A model generated the notes under the pieces. It saw only the letters and a list, made by a program, of their open reading frames with translations. It did not search any database and was not told where the DNA came from. The position numbers were made by a program, and so were the translations under genes. Of a stretch of 64,000 nucleotides of DNA, positions 18,548 to 28,609 are shown piece by piece. Source of the stretch: Candidatus Solincola quzhuomuensis (GTDB lineage: Bacteria > Actinomycetota > Geothermincolia > Geothermincolales > RBG-13-55-18); NCBI GenBank assembly GCA_015711855.1, contig JACVJF010000002.1, positions 508 through 64,507 of the forward strand, in the 5' to 3' direction. How positions within the stretch are numbered: position 1 is the first letter of the stretch; each line of letters opens with the position of its first letter.

Positions 18548-20188
18548 ATGCCGGTGAAATACATCTTCGTCACGGGCGGGGTGTCATCGTCGCTGGGAAA
18601 GGGAATAACCGCTGCTTCCCTGGGGCGACTGCTCAAGGCGCGAGGCCTCAAGGTGACCATGCAGAAGATGGATCCCTACATAAACGTGGACCCCGGAACC
18701 ATGAATCCTTTTCAGCACGGGGAGGTCTTCGTCACCGACGACGGGACGGAGACCGATTTGGACCTCGGACACTACGAGCGCTTCGTGGACGAACACCTGG
18801 GTAGGGAGAACAACGTCACTACGGGCAGTGTCTACTGGTCGATAATAACCCGGGAGCGCAAAGGCGAGTTCCTGGGGGGCACGGTGCAGGTCATCCCTCA
18901 CATCACCAACGAGATAAAAGAACGCATTCTCCGCCTTACCAGGTCCACCGAGGTGGACGTGGTCATCACCGAGATAGGGGGCACGGTGGGTGACATCGAG
19001 AGCCTGCCCTTCCTGGAGGCCATACGCCAGTTCAAGAAGGACGTGGGACCGGAGAACGTCATGTACGTGCACGTCAGTTTGGTGCCCTATCTGGAGACCA
19101 CAAAGGAGATGAAGACCAAGCCCACCCAGCACAGCGTCAAGGAGCTGCGCTCCATCGGCATCCAGCCGGACGTCATCGTCTGCCGTTCCAAGGAGCCCAT
19201 AGGCATGGACCTCAAGGACAAGATATCCCTTTTATGCGACATCGACATAGAGGCGGTCATCTCCGCGCCTACCGCGGAATGTATCTACGAGGTACCCCTC
19301 ATACTCCAGGCGGAGGGGCTGGGGGAGTACGTCGCCCGCCATCTTGGCCTGGAGGGTCACGAGGAGGACCTATCCGAGTGGGAGGAGATGGTCCGGAGGA
19401 TTAAATCCGCAACCCAAGAGGTTTCCATAGGTATCGTGGGAAAATACGTGGGCCTCCCCGATGCCTACCTCTCCATCATCGAAAGCCTCAAACACGGCGG
19501 GTTCGCGCATTCCGCCAACGTCAACATAGTGTGGATAGCCTCCGATGAGGTCACCGCGGGAAACGCCGAGCAGGTGCTGGCGGGACTGGACGGGATACTC
19601 GTTCCGGGGGGTTTCGGAGTGCGGGGAGTGGACGGCAAGGTGGAGGCCATCCGTTATGCCCGCGAGAACAACGTGCCCTTCCTGGGCATCTGTCTAGGTC
19701 TGCAGTGCGCGGTGATCGAGACCGCTCGCAATCTTTGCGGCATGGAAAAGGCCAACAGCTCGGAGTTCGACCCCGCCACGCCCGATCCGGTCATCGACCT
19801 TCTGCCGAGCCAGCGCGACGTGGACGAGCTGGGGGGCACCATGCGCCTGGGCCTATATCCCTGCAAGCTGGCGGAGGATTCCCTGGCCTTCTCCTGCTAC
19901 GGGGAGGAGGTCATCTACGAGAGGCACCGCCATCGTTACGAGGTCAACAACCACTACCGGAGCGTCTTGCAGGAAGCGGGACTGGCGTTCTCGGGACTTT
20001 CGCCGGACGGCCGACTGGTGGAGATAGTCGAGAGGCGGGACCACCCTTGGTTCCTCGCTTGCCAGTTCCACCCGGAGTTCAAGTCGCGTCCCAACCGACC
20101 GCACCCTCTCTTCCGAGGTTTCGTGGGTGCTGCCCTGCAGAGGCGCATGGGTCAGGCGGAGTCGTTCGGCCTGAGAGTCGCGGGATAG
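18548..20188 (+). CDS. pyrG: CTP synthase.
   Basis: [26 protein letters not shown], the glutamine amidotransferase domain GICLGLQ, and LACQFHPEF. The ATG at 18548 has a GGAGG 9 nt upstream. The track ORF begins 36 nt earlier. Confidence 0.9.
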   Translation: MPVKYIFVTGGVSSSLGKGITAASLGRLLKARGLKVTMQKMDPYINVDPGTMNPFQHGEVFVTDDGTETDLDLGHYERFVDEHLGRENNVTTGSVYWSIITRERKGEFLGGTVQVIPHITNEIKERILRLTRSTEVDVVITEIGGTVGDIESLPFLEAIRQFKKDVGPENVMYVHVSLVPYLETTKEMKTKPTQHSVKELRSIGIQPDVIVCRSKEPIGMDLKDKISLLCDIDIEAVISAPTAECIYEVPLILQAEGLGEYVARHLGLEGHEEDLSEWEEMVRRIKSATQEVSIGIVGKYVGLPDAYLSIIESLKHGGFAHSANVNIVWIASDEVTAGNAEQVLAGLDGILVPGGFGVRGVDGKVEAIRYARENNVPFLGICLGLQCAVIETARNLCGMEKANSSEFDPATPDPVIDLLPSQRDVDELGGTMRLGLYPCKLAEDSLAFSCYGEEVIYERHRHRYEVNNHYRSVLQEAGLAFSGLSPDGRLVEIVERRDHPWFLACQFHPEFKSRPNRPHPLFRGFVGAALQRRMGQAESFGLRVAG

Positions 20189-20380
20189 CGCGATGACAGC
20201 TCGGGCAAAAGATGCGATCACGACGATCGTCTCCCTTCATGAAAGCAGTATGAGCGGTGGCAAGGCGGTTCTCGGTCAAATTCGTGAAAACCGGACGATG
20301 ATCGACGAAGAGCACCGACCGGCGCGACCTTTTAGAAAGGGAGAAGGAGGTTCTCCGAAGGACGTAGGGAGGAGTGGAGG

Positions 20381-21505
20381 ATGGCCGGGAGGCTTTTGGA
20401 AACCTTTCTCCAACTGGTGAGGATAGACAGCGAGACCTTCCATGAAGGCGAAATGGTGGCCCGCGTGGTGGATCGGGCGGCGGAATGCGGGTTCCAAGCT
20501 TACGTGGACAACGCGGGCAAGGCCGTTGGGGGTGAGGCGGGAAACGTATACGTGCACATCCCCGCCTCCGGGGTGGAGGCTCCACCGCTTCTTTTCTGCG
20601 CTCACCTGGATACGGTTACCCCGGGCAAGGGCATAGATCCGGTCGTCGACGGAGATCGAGTGATCTCCGGAGGTAGGACGATTCTGGGCGCGGATTGTAA
20701 GGCGGGGGTGGCGGTCATGCTGGAGCTGATGTGCCGAGCCCGGGAGGGCGAATTCCGGCACGGTCCGCTGGAGCTCCTGTTCACCATCGCCGAGGAAAAG
20801 CAGCTGCAGGGGGTCCGTTACCTGGAAAGGGACAAGATCAACTCCCGCCATGCCTTCGTTCTGGACGGATCGGGTGGGGTGGGGGAGATCATAAACGCCT
20901 CTCCCACCCAGGACAACCTGGAGTTCATCTTCACCGGCAAAGCCGCCCATGCCGGCGTGGAGCCGGAAAAGGGAATCAACGCCATCTACGGTGCCTGCTG
21001 GGCCGTAAGCCTCATGCGGCTAGGTCGCATCGACTCCGAGACCACGGCCAACATCGGCGTAATACGCGGAGGCCGGGCGGTGAACATCGTTCCCGACCGG
21101 GTAGTGGTGGAAGGGGAGGTCAGGTCCCTCGACTTGAAGAAACTTGACGAACAGAGGAAAGCCATGTTGCGTGCCGCCCTGGAGGCGGAGGCCGCGGTGG
21201 GAGTGGGGGTGGAGGTCAAGGTAGAACGGGCATACGACGGATTTCACATCGAGCCCCGCGATCCCCTGATCAAGCTGGCGTTGGAGGCTGGAAAGTCCAT
21301 GGGCTTGAAGATGGAGATACGACCATCGGGTGGCGGAAGCGACGCCAACTTCCTGAACGCGGCCGGAATAAAAGCGGTGGTCCTGAGCATGGGGGCCAGG
21401 GAAGCTCACACCACCCATGAATATCTGGTTATTAGGGACTTGGAGCGTCTGCTGCGCCTTTGCATGGAGATTTGCGAGGCGGCGGGGAGGTTAAGAGGAA
21501 GATGA
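20381..21505 (+). CDS. M20 family metallopeptidase (peptidase T / tripeptidase-like).
   Basis: LLFCAHLDTVTPG, FTIAEEKQLQG and the metal-binding GHAG region fit the M20/M25/M40 family. Confidence 0.7.
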   Translation: MAGRLLETFLQLVRIDSETFHEGEMVARVVDRAAECGFQAYVDNAGKAVGGEAGNVYVHIPASGVEAPPLLFCAHLDTVTPGKGIDPVVDGDRVISGGRTILGADCKAGVAVMLELMCRAREGEFRHGPLELLFTIAEEKQLQGVRYLERDKINSRHAFVLDGSGGVGEIINASPTQDNLEFIFTGKAAHAGVEPEKGINAIYGACWAVSLMRLGRIDSETTANIGVIRGGRAVNIVPDRVVVEGEVRSLDLKKLDEQRKAMLRAALEAEAAVGVGVEVKVERAYDGFHIEPRDPLIKLALEAGKSMGLKMEIRPSGGGSDANFLNAAGIKAVVLSMGAREAHTTHEYLVIRDLERLLRLCMEICEAAGRLRGR

Positions 21506-22101
21506 TCAGCGGCGATCCGAGGGAGGAAGAAGTACACGGGCACCGGCTTATTAAGAGGAAACCCGTATTCGAGGGAAAGGTAGTCCGCCTATATTTGGAT
21601 AAGGTCAGGCTGCCCAACGGCCGGGAAGCGGAAAGGGAAGTGGTCCTCCACTGGGGCGCGGTGGGCATGGTTCCTCTGGATGCTCGAGGGAGGGTGATCC
21701 TGGTCAGGCAGTACCGGCATGCCCCGCGGGAGATGCTCCTGGAGATACCGGCCGGAAAGTTGAGCGAGGGCGAGGACCCGCTGGAATGCGCCAGGAGGGA
21801 ACTGCAGGAGGAGATCGGCTGTCGGGCGGGGGAGTGGATAAAGCTGGCCTCCTTCTACACCTCCCCGGGCTTTTCCGACGAGGTCCTGCACCTGTTCTTG
21901 GCCCAGGATCTGGAAGAGGGGGAGGCGGAACCCGAGGAGGACGAGTTTTTGGAGGTGGTGCGCATACCTTTGGAGGAAGCTCTCTCCCTGGTGCGAGACG
22001 AGGTTATAAGGGATTCCAAGACCGTGGCCGGTCTGGCCCTTTCCCTGCTTTACCTGCAAGGGCTCAGCCGGGAACATCCCGGCTTGGGGAGCGAAAAATG
22101 A
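21502..22101 (+). CDS. NUDIX hydrolase (ADP-ribose pyrophosphatase-like).
   Basis: Nudix box EIPAGKLSEGEDPLECARRELQEEIG (GX5EX7REUXEEXGU). The ATG at 21502 overlaps the M20 stop (ATGA). Confidence 0.8.
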   Translation: MISGDPREEEVHGHRLIKRKPVFEGKVVRLYLDKVRLPNGREAEREVVLHWGAVGMVPLDARGRVILVRQYRHAPREMLLEIPAGKLSEGEDPLECARRELQEEIGCRAGEWIKLASFYTSPGFSDEVLHLFLAQDLEEGEAEPEEDEFLEVVRIPLEEALSLVRDEVIRDSKTVAGLALSLLYLQGLSREHPGLGSEK

Positions 22102-22264
22102 CGTACACATGAGGGCGAGGACGGCAACCGGCATGGAGGGAGGAATCCGGTTAAAGAGGGGGTGCCCGGACGAGAAGGCGGGGCGAGGCCGGAAACCGTG
22201 CCTTTGGCATAGGGGCGGGGGGGGACGCAAAGGAGGGCTTTCCGAGGGAAAGAGCAGGGAGGCG

Positions 22265-23416
22265 GTGGAGGTGAACGTCGGAGTACCCCGGGAGATCGTG
22301 GACAAGGAATACCGGGTGGCTCTCACACCCCAAGGCGCGCACGAACTGGTTCTGGAAGGACATCGGGTCTTGGTGGAAAAGGGAGCGGGCGAGGGGTCGA
22401 GCATAACGGACGAGGAATTCAGTTCCGCCGGCGCGGCCATCGTCCCAAGCGCAGAGGACGTCTATGCGGAGTCCGAGCTCATCCTCAAGGTGAAGGAACC
22501 GCAGGAGAGCGAGTTTCCCTTTCTAAGAGAAGGACAGATCGTCTTCACCTTCCTCCATCTCGCGGCCCATCGCCGGCTCACCGAAGAGCTCCTAAAACGG
22601 AGGGTGATAGGTTTGGCCTACGAGACGGTCCAGAAACCGGACGGCTCATTGCCACTCTTGGCTCCCATGAGCGAGGTGGCGGGCCGAATGGCTCCCCAGG
22701 TGGGAGCCCATTACCTGGAGAAGATGAACGGCGGAAGAGGCCTGCTTCTGGGAGGGGCCACCGGTGTACCGCCGGCCAACGTGGTCATCCTGGGAGCGGG
22801 TATTGTCGGTTCTCATGCGGCCATCCTGGCCACGGGGATGGATGCTCACGTAATCGTCATGGACAAGAGCGTGGTCAAACTGCGCTACCTGGAACATATC
22901 CTGCACGGTAGGGTCACCACGCTCATATCCAATAAGATGAACGTGAGGGAGATGGTGCGGCAGGCGGACTTGGTTGTGGGAGCGGTTCTGGTACCGGGAG
23001 CGCGCTGCCCGGTGCTGGTTGGCGAGGATGTGGTCAAGGACATGCGGCCGGGATCCGTGGTGGTGGACGTCTCCATAGACCAGGGAGGCTGCGTCATGAC
23101 CTCGCGGCCGACCACCCACTCGGAACCGGTTTACGTGGTTCACGACGTCCTGCACTACTGCGTGGGAAACATCCCGGGTGCCGTTCCTCACACATCCACC
23201 TTCGCCCTGACCAACGTCACCCTGCCCTACGTGACCATGATCGCCGACCTGGGATTGGCGGAAGCGGTGAGGCGGGATCCCAGTCTGGCCCGGGGGGTGA
23301 ACACCATCGAGGGCAGGATCACCAACCGTCCGGTGGCCGAGGCGCACGGCATGGAGTACGAACCCCTGGAATACATTTTACCTTTGGATTATCCCGGGAA
23401 TGAGATATTCGGATGA
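22265..23416 (+). CDS. ald: Alanine dehydrogenase.
   Basis: VGVPREIVDKEYRVALTPQG, ELILKVKEPQ and ILGAGIVGSHAA (Rossmann fold) are classic Ald signatures. Start assigned to the GTG at 22265 or 22271. The upstream 156 nt of the track ORF is probably not coding. Confidence 0.85.
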   Translation: MEVNVGVPREIVDKEYRVALTPQGAHELVLEGHRVLVEKGAGEGSSITDEEFSSAGAAIVPSAEDVYAESELILKVKEPQESEFPFLREGQIVFTFLHLAAHRRLTEELLKRRVIGLAYETVQKPDGSLPLLAPMSEVAGRMAPQVGAHYLEKMNGGRGLLLGGATGVPPANVVILGAGIVGSHAAILATGMDAHVIVMDKSVVKLRYLEHILHGRVTTLISNKMNVREMVRQADLVVGAVLVPGARCPVLVGEDVVKDMRPGSVVVDVSIDQGGCVMTSRPTTHSEPVYVVHDVLHYCVGNIPGAVPHTSTFALTNVTLPYVTMIADLGLAEAVRRDPSLARGVNTIEGRITNRPVAEAHGMEYEPLEYILPLDYPGNEIFG

Positions 23417-23610
23417 GGACTGAAAAAAAACCTCATTTCAACGCTCGGTCTTTACGAACGGGTGAATAACGGAACTAGTCGGAAGCGGGCACGGGCGAGT
23501 CGGACGACGAACGGGCGGTTAATCTCGGCGTCGTCTACAAATCCGGGTCTTTCCCCCATAAAGCCGTAATGGTCTGAGGGGTGGTGCGCAGGGGAAAGGC
23601 GGGTGCCTAT

Positions 23611-24561
23611 ATGTCTCGGCGGAAACGGTACGAAATCGGGGAAGAAGCGGAACCTACAGCGGCCGGTTCCATATGGAATATCCTGGTAAAGGAGTTCCTG
23701 GTTTACCTCCGCGTGGAAAGAGGGCTTTCCGAGCGGACGATGGATGCTTACCGCAGGGATGTGGGCCGCCTGGTCGATTTTGCGGAGAGGGAGGGGGTGA
23801 TATCGCCGGGGGAGATGACCCGGGAACGGGTCGCCGCTTTCCTGGAGGAGATGAGGGCGCTCGGTCTGTCTCCCCGATCCCTGGCTCGCCTCAGCGCTTC
23901 CTTGCGGACCTTCCACCGTTTTCTTCTGGAGGAAGGAAGGGGTGATTGCCTTCCCCTGGGCGAACTTCCTTATCCACGATACCCGAGAAAGCTTCCGCGC
24001 GTGCTGACTCTGGAAGAGGTGTTTATGCTTCTCGATCAACCCCTTTCGGAGGACGCTTTCGGGCTGCGTGACCGGGCCATCTTGGAGACCCTTTACGGCA
24101 CGGGGATGAGGATCTCCGAGCTCGTTTCCCTGGACGTGGAGGATCTGGACCTCGAGGGAGGGGAGATGCGCGTCCTGGGAAAGGGATCCAAGGAAAGGCT
24201 GGTACCGGTGGGCGGCAGGGCGGCCGAAGCTCTGGCCGCCTATCTGGCACATGGAAGGACCAGGCTGATCAAAACTCCTTCCCAGCGTGCCTTGTTCCTG
24301 AACGCCAGAGGAGGGCGCCTCAGCCGGCAGGGAGCTTGGGGGGTGGTCCGCAAGTATGCCCGGAGGGTGGGACTAGAGGAAAAGATGACCCCACATACCC
24401 TGCGCCACAGCTACGCCACCCATCTCCTGGAGCGCGGCGTGGACCTGCGGTACATCCAGGAACTTTTGGGCCACGCCAGCGTGAGCACCACCCAGATATA
24501 CACCCACGTGAGCCGGAAGAGGCTAAGGGAGGTCTATCTTAAAGCTCATCCCCACGCCTGA
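23611..24561 (+). CDS. xerD: Tyrosine site-specific recombinase XerC/XerD family.
   Basis: The N-terminal core-binding region LVYLRVERGLSERTMDAYRRDV, and a catalytic domain with R...HTLRHSYATHLLERG...LLGHASVSTTQIYTHV (R-H-R-Y residues present). Confidence 0.8.
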   Translation: MSRRKRYEIGEEAEPTAAGSIWNILVKEFLVYLRVERGLSERTMDAYRRDVGRLVDFAEREGVISPGEMTRERVAAFLEEMRALGLSPRSLARLSASLRTFHRFLLEEGRGDCLPLGELPYPRYPRKLPRVLTLEEVFMLLDQPLSEDAFGLRDRAILETLYGTGMRISELVSLDVEDLDLEGGEMRVLGKGSKERLVPVGGRAAEALAAYLAHGRTRLIKTPSQRALFLNARGGRLSRQGAWGVVRKYARRVGLEEKMTPHTLRHSYATHLLERGVDLRYIQELLGHASVSTTQIYTHVSRKRLREVYLKAHPHA

Positions 24562-24656
24562 CACCCTGAGGAAGCGGCCACGGGAAGGGACGGCGGAATC
24601 GGTTCGGGCAGAAAAGAGGCAGAGAGAGGATTAAGAGGGCGGGAAAAGGTTATAAT

Positions 24657-24731
24657 ATGAAAAAATCTCGTGTCACGCGGCGAGATCGTAAGGGTTATCT
24701 TATTGGGGAAGGAGGGGAGGTGATGAATTAA
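24657..24731 (+). CDS. Hypothetical 24-aa basic peptide (MKKSRVTRRDRKGYLIGEGGEVMN) immediately upstream of the radical SAM gene. Speculative.
   Basis: ATG at 24657 sits inside a locally AT-rich stretch (GGTTATAATATG) and ends 36 nt before the radical SAM start. No homology evidence. Listed because radical SAM/SPASM enzymes often act on a short peptide encoded next to them. Confidence 0.15.
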   Translation: MKKSRVTRRDRKGYLIGEGGEVMN

Positions 24732-24766
24732 TCTGTTTATTCCTGCGGGTAGAGAGGAGGTGAAAA

Positions 24767-26119
24767 ATGCTCGAAACCAAGGCGTTCAGGGACTATATGA
24801 TCAAGAAAACCATAAACGGCTTAATCTTCGTTCTTCCCAACGTCCCGGACGAAAAACTCCTGTCCTTCGCCGAGAAGTTCGTCAAGGACATAAAGTGGCC
24901 GGACGGTCAGGAGTTCGTGCGCAACTTGATCCTACAGGTGAAAAGGAGGCTCCCCGAGCTGCACAGGAACGTGCGCCGCGGCGCCATCAATTTCCTCACC
25001 GACGCCCTTTTCTATAAGGCGCGGGTTCGAGAGGAGTTCGAGCGCCGGGAGGGTTTCAGCCCGCCGCTGCTCCTGGTTATAAGCCCCACCATGCGCTGTA
25101 ATCTCAGGTGTGTGGGATGCTATGCCGGGATGTATTCCAAAAAGGACGACCTCCCCGCAGAAGTGCTGGACCGGGTCATAAACGAGGCCAAGGAGATGGG
25201 GATCTACTTCATCGTCATCTCCGGCGGGGAGCCCTTCTTCTACGAACCCCTGCTGGACACCTTTCGCCGGCACGGCGACGTGACCTTCCAGGTATATACC
25301 AACGGGACCCTCATCGACCGTAAGCTGGCGGAGGAGATAGCGGAGCTGGGAAACGTAATCCCCTGCATATCGGTGGAGGGATACGGCGAGGAGACGGATC
25401 AAAGGCGAGGTCGGGGCGTCTACGAGAAGGTCCTGAGGGCTATGGACAACCTTCGGGAAGCCAAGGCCCTCTACGGGTTCTCGGCCACCGTGACCCGCTT
25501 CAACTCCGACCTTCTGACCAGCGAGGAGTTCGTGGACTTCTACATGGAAGAGAAGGGTTGCTTCATAGGTTGGTACTTCCAGTATATGCCCATCGGCACC
25601 CGACCCTCCCTGGACCTCATGACCACCCCGGAGCAACGCATCCAGCGCTGGGAGCGCATCAACCGCATGCGCCGGGAAAGGAGAGCGCTCATCTCCGATT
25701 TCTGGTGCGACGGTCCCCTGGTGGGTGGGTGCATGGCCGGCGGCCACAATTACCTGCACATTAATCAGAATGGGGACGTGGAACCCTGCGTTTTCGCCCA
25801 TTTCGCGGTGGACAACATCAAGGAGAAATCCCTGGCGGAGGCCCTGAACTCGGATTTCTTCCGATCCATACGGGCACGCAGGCCCTACCACCCGAACCTG
25901 CTTCGACCCTGCATGATCATCGACCATCCCTACGTTTTACGGGAATGCGTGGCCCAGAGCGGCGCCCGTCCCACGCACCCCGAGGCGGAGGGGATCCTCA
26001 CCGAGCTGGCACCGGAACTCGATGCCTATGGCGAAGAGTACGGCCGCCTGGCGGACGAGATATGGATGGAATATTACCAGGAACCCTCTCTGAGGAAGGA
26101 GGGCGGGAGCATCGCTTGA
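24767..26119 (+). CDS. Radical SAM / SPASM-like domain protein (450 aa) with an N-terminal extension about 100 aa long and a Cys-rich C-terminus.
   Basis: The CNLRCVGCY (CxxxCxxC) motif is at residue about 110, with the glycine-rich SAM motif IVISGGEPF. The C-terminal FWCDGPLVGGCMAGGHNYLHINQNGDVEPCVF...RPCMI...RECV resembles a SPASM/twitch auxiliary cluster domain. There is a strong RBS AGGAGGTGAAAAATG. Confidence 0.75.
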   Translation: MLETKAFRDYMIKKTINGLIFVLPNVPDEKLLSFAEKFVKDIKWPDGQEFVRNLILQVKRRLPELHRNVRRGAINFLTDALFYKARVREEFERREGFSPPLLLVISPTMRCNLRCVGCYAGMYSKKDDLPAEVLDRVINEAKEMGIYFIVISGGEPFFYEPLLDTFRRHGDVTFQVYTNGTLIDRKLAEEIAELGNVIPCISVEGYGEETDQRRGRGVYEKVLRAMDNLREAKALYGFSATVTRFNSDLLTSEEFVDFYMEEKGCFIGWYFQYMPIGTRPSLDLMTTPEQRIQRWERINRMRRERRALISDFWCDGPLVGGCMAGGHNYLHINQNGDVEPCVFAHFAVDNIKEKSLAEALNSDFFRSIRARRPYHPNLLRPCMIIDHPYVLRECVAQSGARPTHPEAEGILTELAPELDAYGEEYGRLADEIWMEYYQEPSLRKEGGSIA

Positions 26120-26141
26120 GAGGACCAGACGTACGGCGGGG

Positions 26142-26173
26142 GAGGGGCCGACCAGAGCGGCCCCTCTTCACTT
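26142..26173 (+). terminator. GC-rich hairpin just downstream of the radical SAM gene stop.
   Basis: GAGGGGCCG-ACCAGAG-CGGCCCCTC (9-bp perfect stem) followed by TTCACTT. The U-tract is weak. Confidence 0.35.
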
Positions 26174-26335
26174 ATGGGAGTGGGTATAGGCACAGGCCTT
26201 CCGCGGCTACGCGTCATCCTCGTCCTAAGACGGGAAGGTGGGAACTTGAGACTTGGGAACCTTCAGGCAAGGGCATGGACCGTACGGAAGCGAATGATAG
26301 AATGAGTATGCGGATCGACAAGAAGGCGGGCCTGC

Positions 26336-27304
26336 ATGGAACTGATTTTCTTCGGCGAGGGTTGGCTGGGTGAACTCCTCGACGCGGCGGTGGTCCCGAG
26401 CGAGATCAAGGACGTTGTCCGGGATCGGCTGCGGGAAAGGGAGGCAAGCGCATCTCCGGGCCTGCAGAAGGAATGGAAGACCATTGACGGCCTGCTTGGC
26501 AAGGGAAGGATAGGCGAGGCCCTGGAGCGCGCCATGCACGCGGTTTCCGGGTCGGTGAAGGACCTGCGAGAAGCGCTTGGAGACAAGAGTGCTGCCCTGG
26601 AGAAACCCTTCAGCCCCTTCTTGGTGAAGGAAAGGGAGATCAAAAGGATTCTCCATCCCCGAGAGGACATCCACGAATTGGCTCGTTCCGAGGATGACCT
26701 TGATGCCTTGACCGCCCTGGAGTTGATCAACGACGCCCGTCGTCTCCTGGCCAGTTGGGGAGCCGGGGTGTGGGGTAGGAGGCCGGCGAAACTGATCTGG
26801 CGTCTAGAGGAAGACTTGAAAGAGTTGCGCAGGATGCAGGCCGAGCTTGCCGAGGAGGAAACGTTCGAAGAGGAGGACTTTCAAAGGCAGATGAGACTGG
26901 CCGACCGCTTGGCCACCATGGCCACACGCTTCGCACGCGATCTTTACGAACTGCACCTCCTGAACGCCCGCAACCGGGAAGTCCGCCTTCGCTTCGAGCT
27001 TCTCTGGAAGCAGGTGGCAGAGCTGCTGGACGAGGAGAACTTTAAAGCCGCCTCCCAGGAGGCTTACCATATACTGGAAGAAGCTTTCCAGACCGCCAGG
27101 CTGGGAGGCGGAGACCTCTTGGAGATGGTGGACATACTTTACGAGAGTTTCACCGACCCGGAAAACCTGCGCGTGACCGTGGATCGGCTGGCCGCCTCCC
27201 GCCGCGACCGAGACCTGGCCCTCTCTCCCGATGAGGAGAGGGAATCCGTGACCTATATCCATACCGCCCTGAGGGACATGGGCCTGCTGGAGGCCACGGG
27301 TTGA
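26336..27304 (+). CDS. Hypothetical all-helical charged protein (322 aa), translationally coupled to deoB.
   Basis: Rich in E/R/L with no recognisable motifs. Its stop overlaps the deoB start (TTGA). Confidence 0.45.
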   Translation: MELIFFGEGWLGELLDAAVVPSEIKDVVRDRLREREASASPGLQKEWKTIDGLLGKGRIGEALERAMHAVSGSVKDLREALGDKSAALEKPFSPFLVKEREIKRILHPREDIHELARSEDDLDALTALELINDARRLLASWGAGVWGRRPAKLIWRLEEDLKELRRMQAELAEEETFEEEDFQRQMRLADRLATMATRFARDLYELHLLNARNREVRLRFELLWKQVAELLDEENFKAASQEAYHILEEAFQTARLGGGDLLEMVDILYESFTDPENLRVTVDRLAASRRDRDLALSPDEERESVTYIHTALRDMGLLEATG

Positions 27305-28479
27305 TAAACAGGGTGATCTGGATCGTTCTCGACGGGGTGGGGGCGGGAGCTCTTCCGGACGCCGCCCTCTATGGTGACGAGGGAACCAATACCCTTGCTC
27401 ATACCGCGGATGCGGTGGGCGGTCTGTGTCTTCCCCATCTGGCGACCATTGGCCTCGGTAATATCGCCGAAATAAAAGGAGTTCCTCCGTGTGGGGAGGC
27501 GGAGGGCGCCTACGGATCGATGCGGGAGGCCTCGCCCGGAAAGGACTCCACCACCGGGCACTGGGAACTGACGGGGTTGGTCCTGGACCAACCCTTCCCC
27601 GTTTATCCGGAGGGATTTCCCGACGAACTGGTAAGGCGTTTTGAGGAGCTCATAGGAAGGAAGGTTCTCGGCAACCGGCCGGCGTCAGGAACGCAGATAA
27701 TCGAGGAGCTGGGAGAAGAGCACCTGCGCACCGGCAAACCCATCCTCTACACCTCCGCGGACAGCGTCTTTCAGCTTGCCGCCCACAAAGCGGTCATCCC
27801 TCTCCGGGAGCTTTACCAGATGTGTCGCGCCGGCCGAGAACTCCTGCAGGGCGAACACGCGGTGAGCCGGGTAATCGCCCGGCCCTTCGTGGGTCGCCCC
27901 GGCGCGTTCCGGAGAGTGGCCTCGGAGAGGCTGGACCTTTCCCTACCTCCTCCGCGCCCCACCGTCCTGGACTTGTGCCGGGAAGCGGGTCTTCCGGTGG
28001 TGGGGGTGGGAAAGGTCGGAGACCTTTTCGCCGGGAGGGGCTTTCTGCGCAGTCCGCATACCTCCGGGAACGGAGAAACCATGTCCCGACTGCTGGACGA
28101 GGTACGCGCGGGCGGGGAAGGCATACTCATGGCCAACTTGGTGGATTTCGACATGTTGTACGGTCACCGCCGAGACCCTAAGGGATTCGCCGCTGCGCTG
28201 TTGGAGGTGGACGCGTTCCTGCCGCAGCTGCGGGAGGCCATGCTCCGCGGCGATGTTCTCCTCCTGGTATCCGATCACGGATGCGATCCGACCCATCGAG
28301 GCACGGACCATACCCGCGAGCATGCCATCCTGTTCGTCTTGGGAGATGAGATCCGTAAGGGGGTGGACCTGGGAGTCCGTCATACCTTGGCCGACGCGGG
28401 AAAGAGCGTCGCCGAGTTGCTGGGGTTGGACGGGTCGATCCTGGACGGAACCAGCTTCGCCGGAGCCGTAAGGCGTTAA
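27301..28479 (+). CDS. deoB: Phosphopentomutase.
   Basis: VIWIVLDGVGAG, GKDSTTGHWEL, ILYTSADSVFQLAAH and LVSDHGCDPTHRGTDHTREH (alkaline-phosphatase-like metal sites). Confidence 0.9.
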   Translation: MINRVIWIVLDGVGAGALPDAALYGDEGTNTLAHTADAVGGLCLPHLATIGLGNIAEIKGVPPCGEAEGAYGSMREASPGKDSTTGHWELTGLVLDQPFPVYPEGFPDELVRRFEELIGRKVLGNRPASGTQIIEELGEEHLRTGKPILYTSADSVFQLAAHKAVIPLRELYQMCRAGRELLQGEHAVSRVIARPFVGRPGAFRRVASERLDLSLPPPRPTVLDLCREAGLPVVGVGKVGDLFAGRGFLRSPHTSGNGETMSRLLDEVRAGGEGILMANLVDFDMLYGHRRDPKGFAAALLEVDAFLPQLREAMLRGDVLLLVSDHGCDPTHRGTDHTREHAILFVLGDEIRKGVDLGVRHTLADAGKSVAELLGLDGSILDGTSFAGAVRR

Positions 28480-28609
28480 GGCCCTCGGTAATCCACGCAA
28501 TATACCCTGTCGATTTCTACGGCAATAGTGCATGGTTTATTCTTTTGTTGGAAGGTAACCGGCTTCCCGGATGGGATAAAAGGGAAGCCGAGACCGGGAG
28601 GGGACGACA

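Noticed and set aside
23411-23440. Possible terminator after ald (GAGGACTGAAAAAAAACCTCAT).
   Set aside because: The stem is only 5-6 bp and is followed by an A-run rather than a U-run on this strand. Too weak to call.
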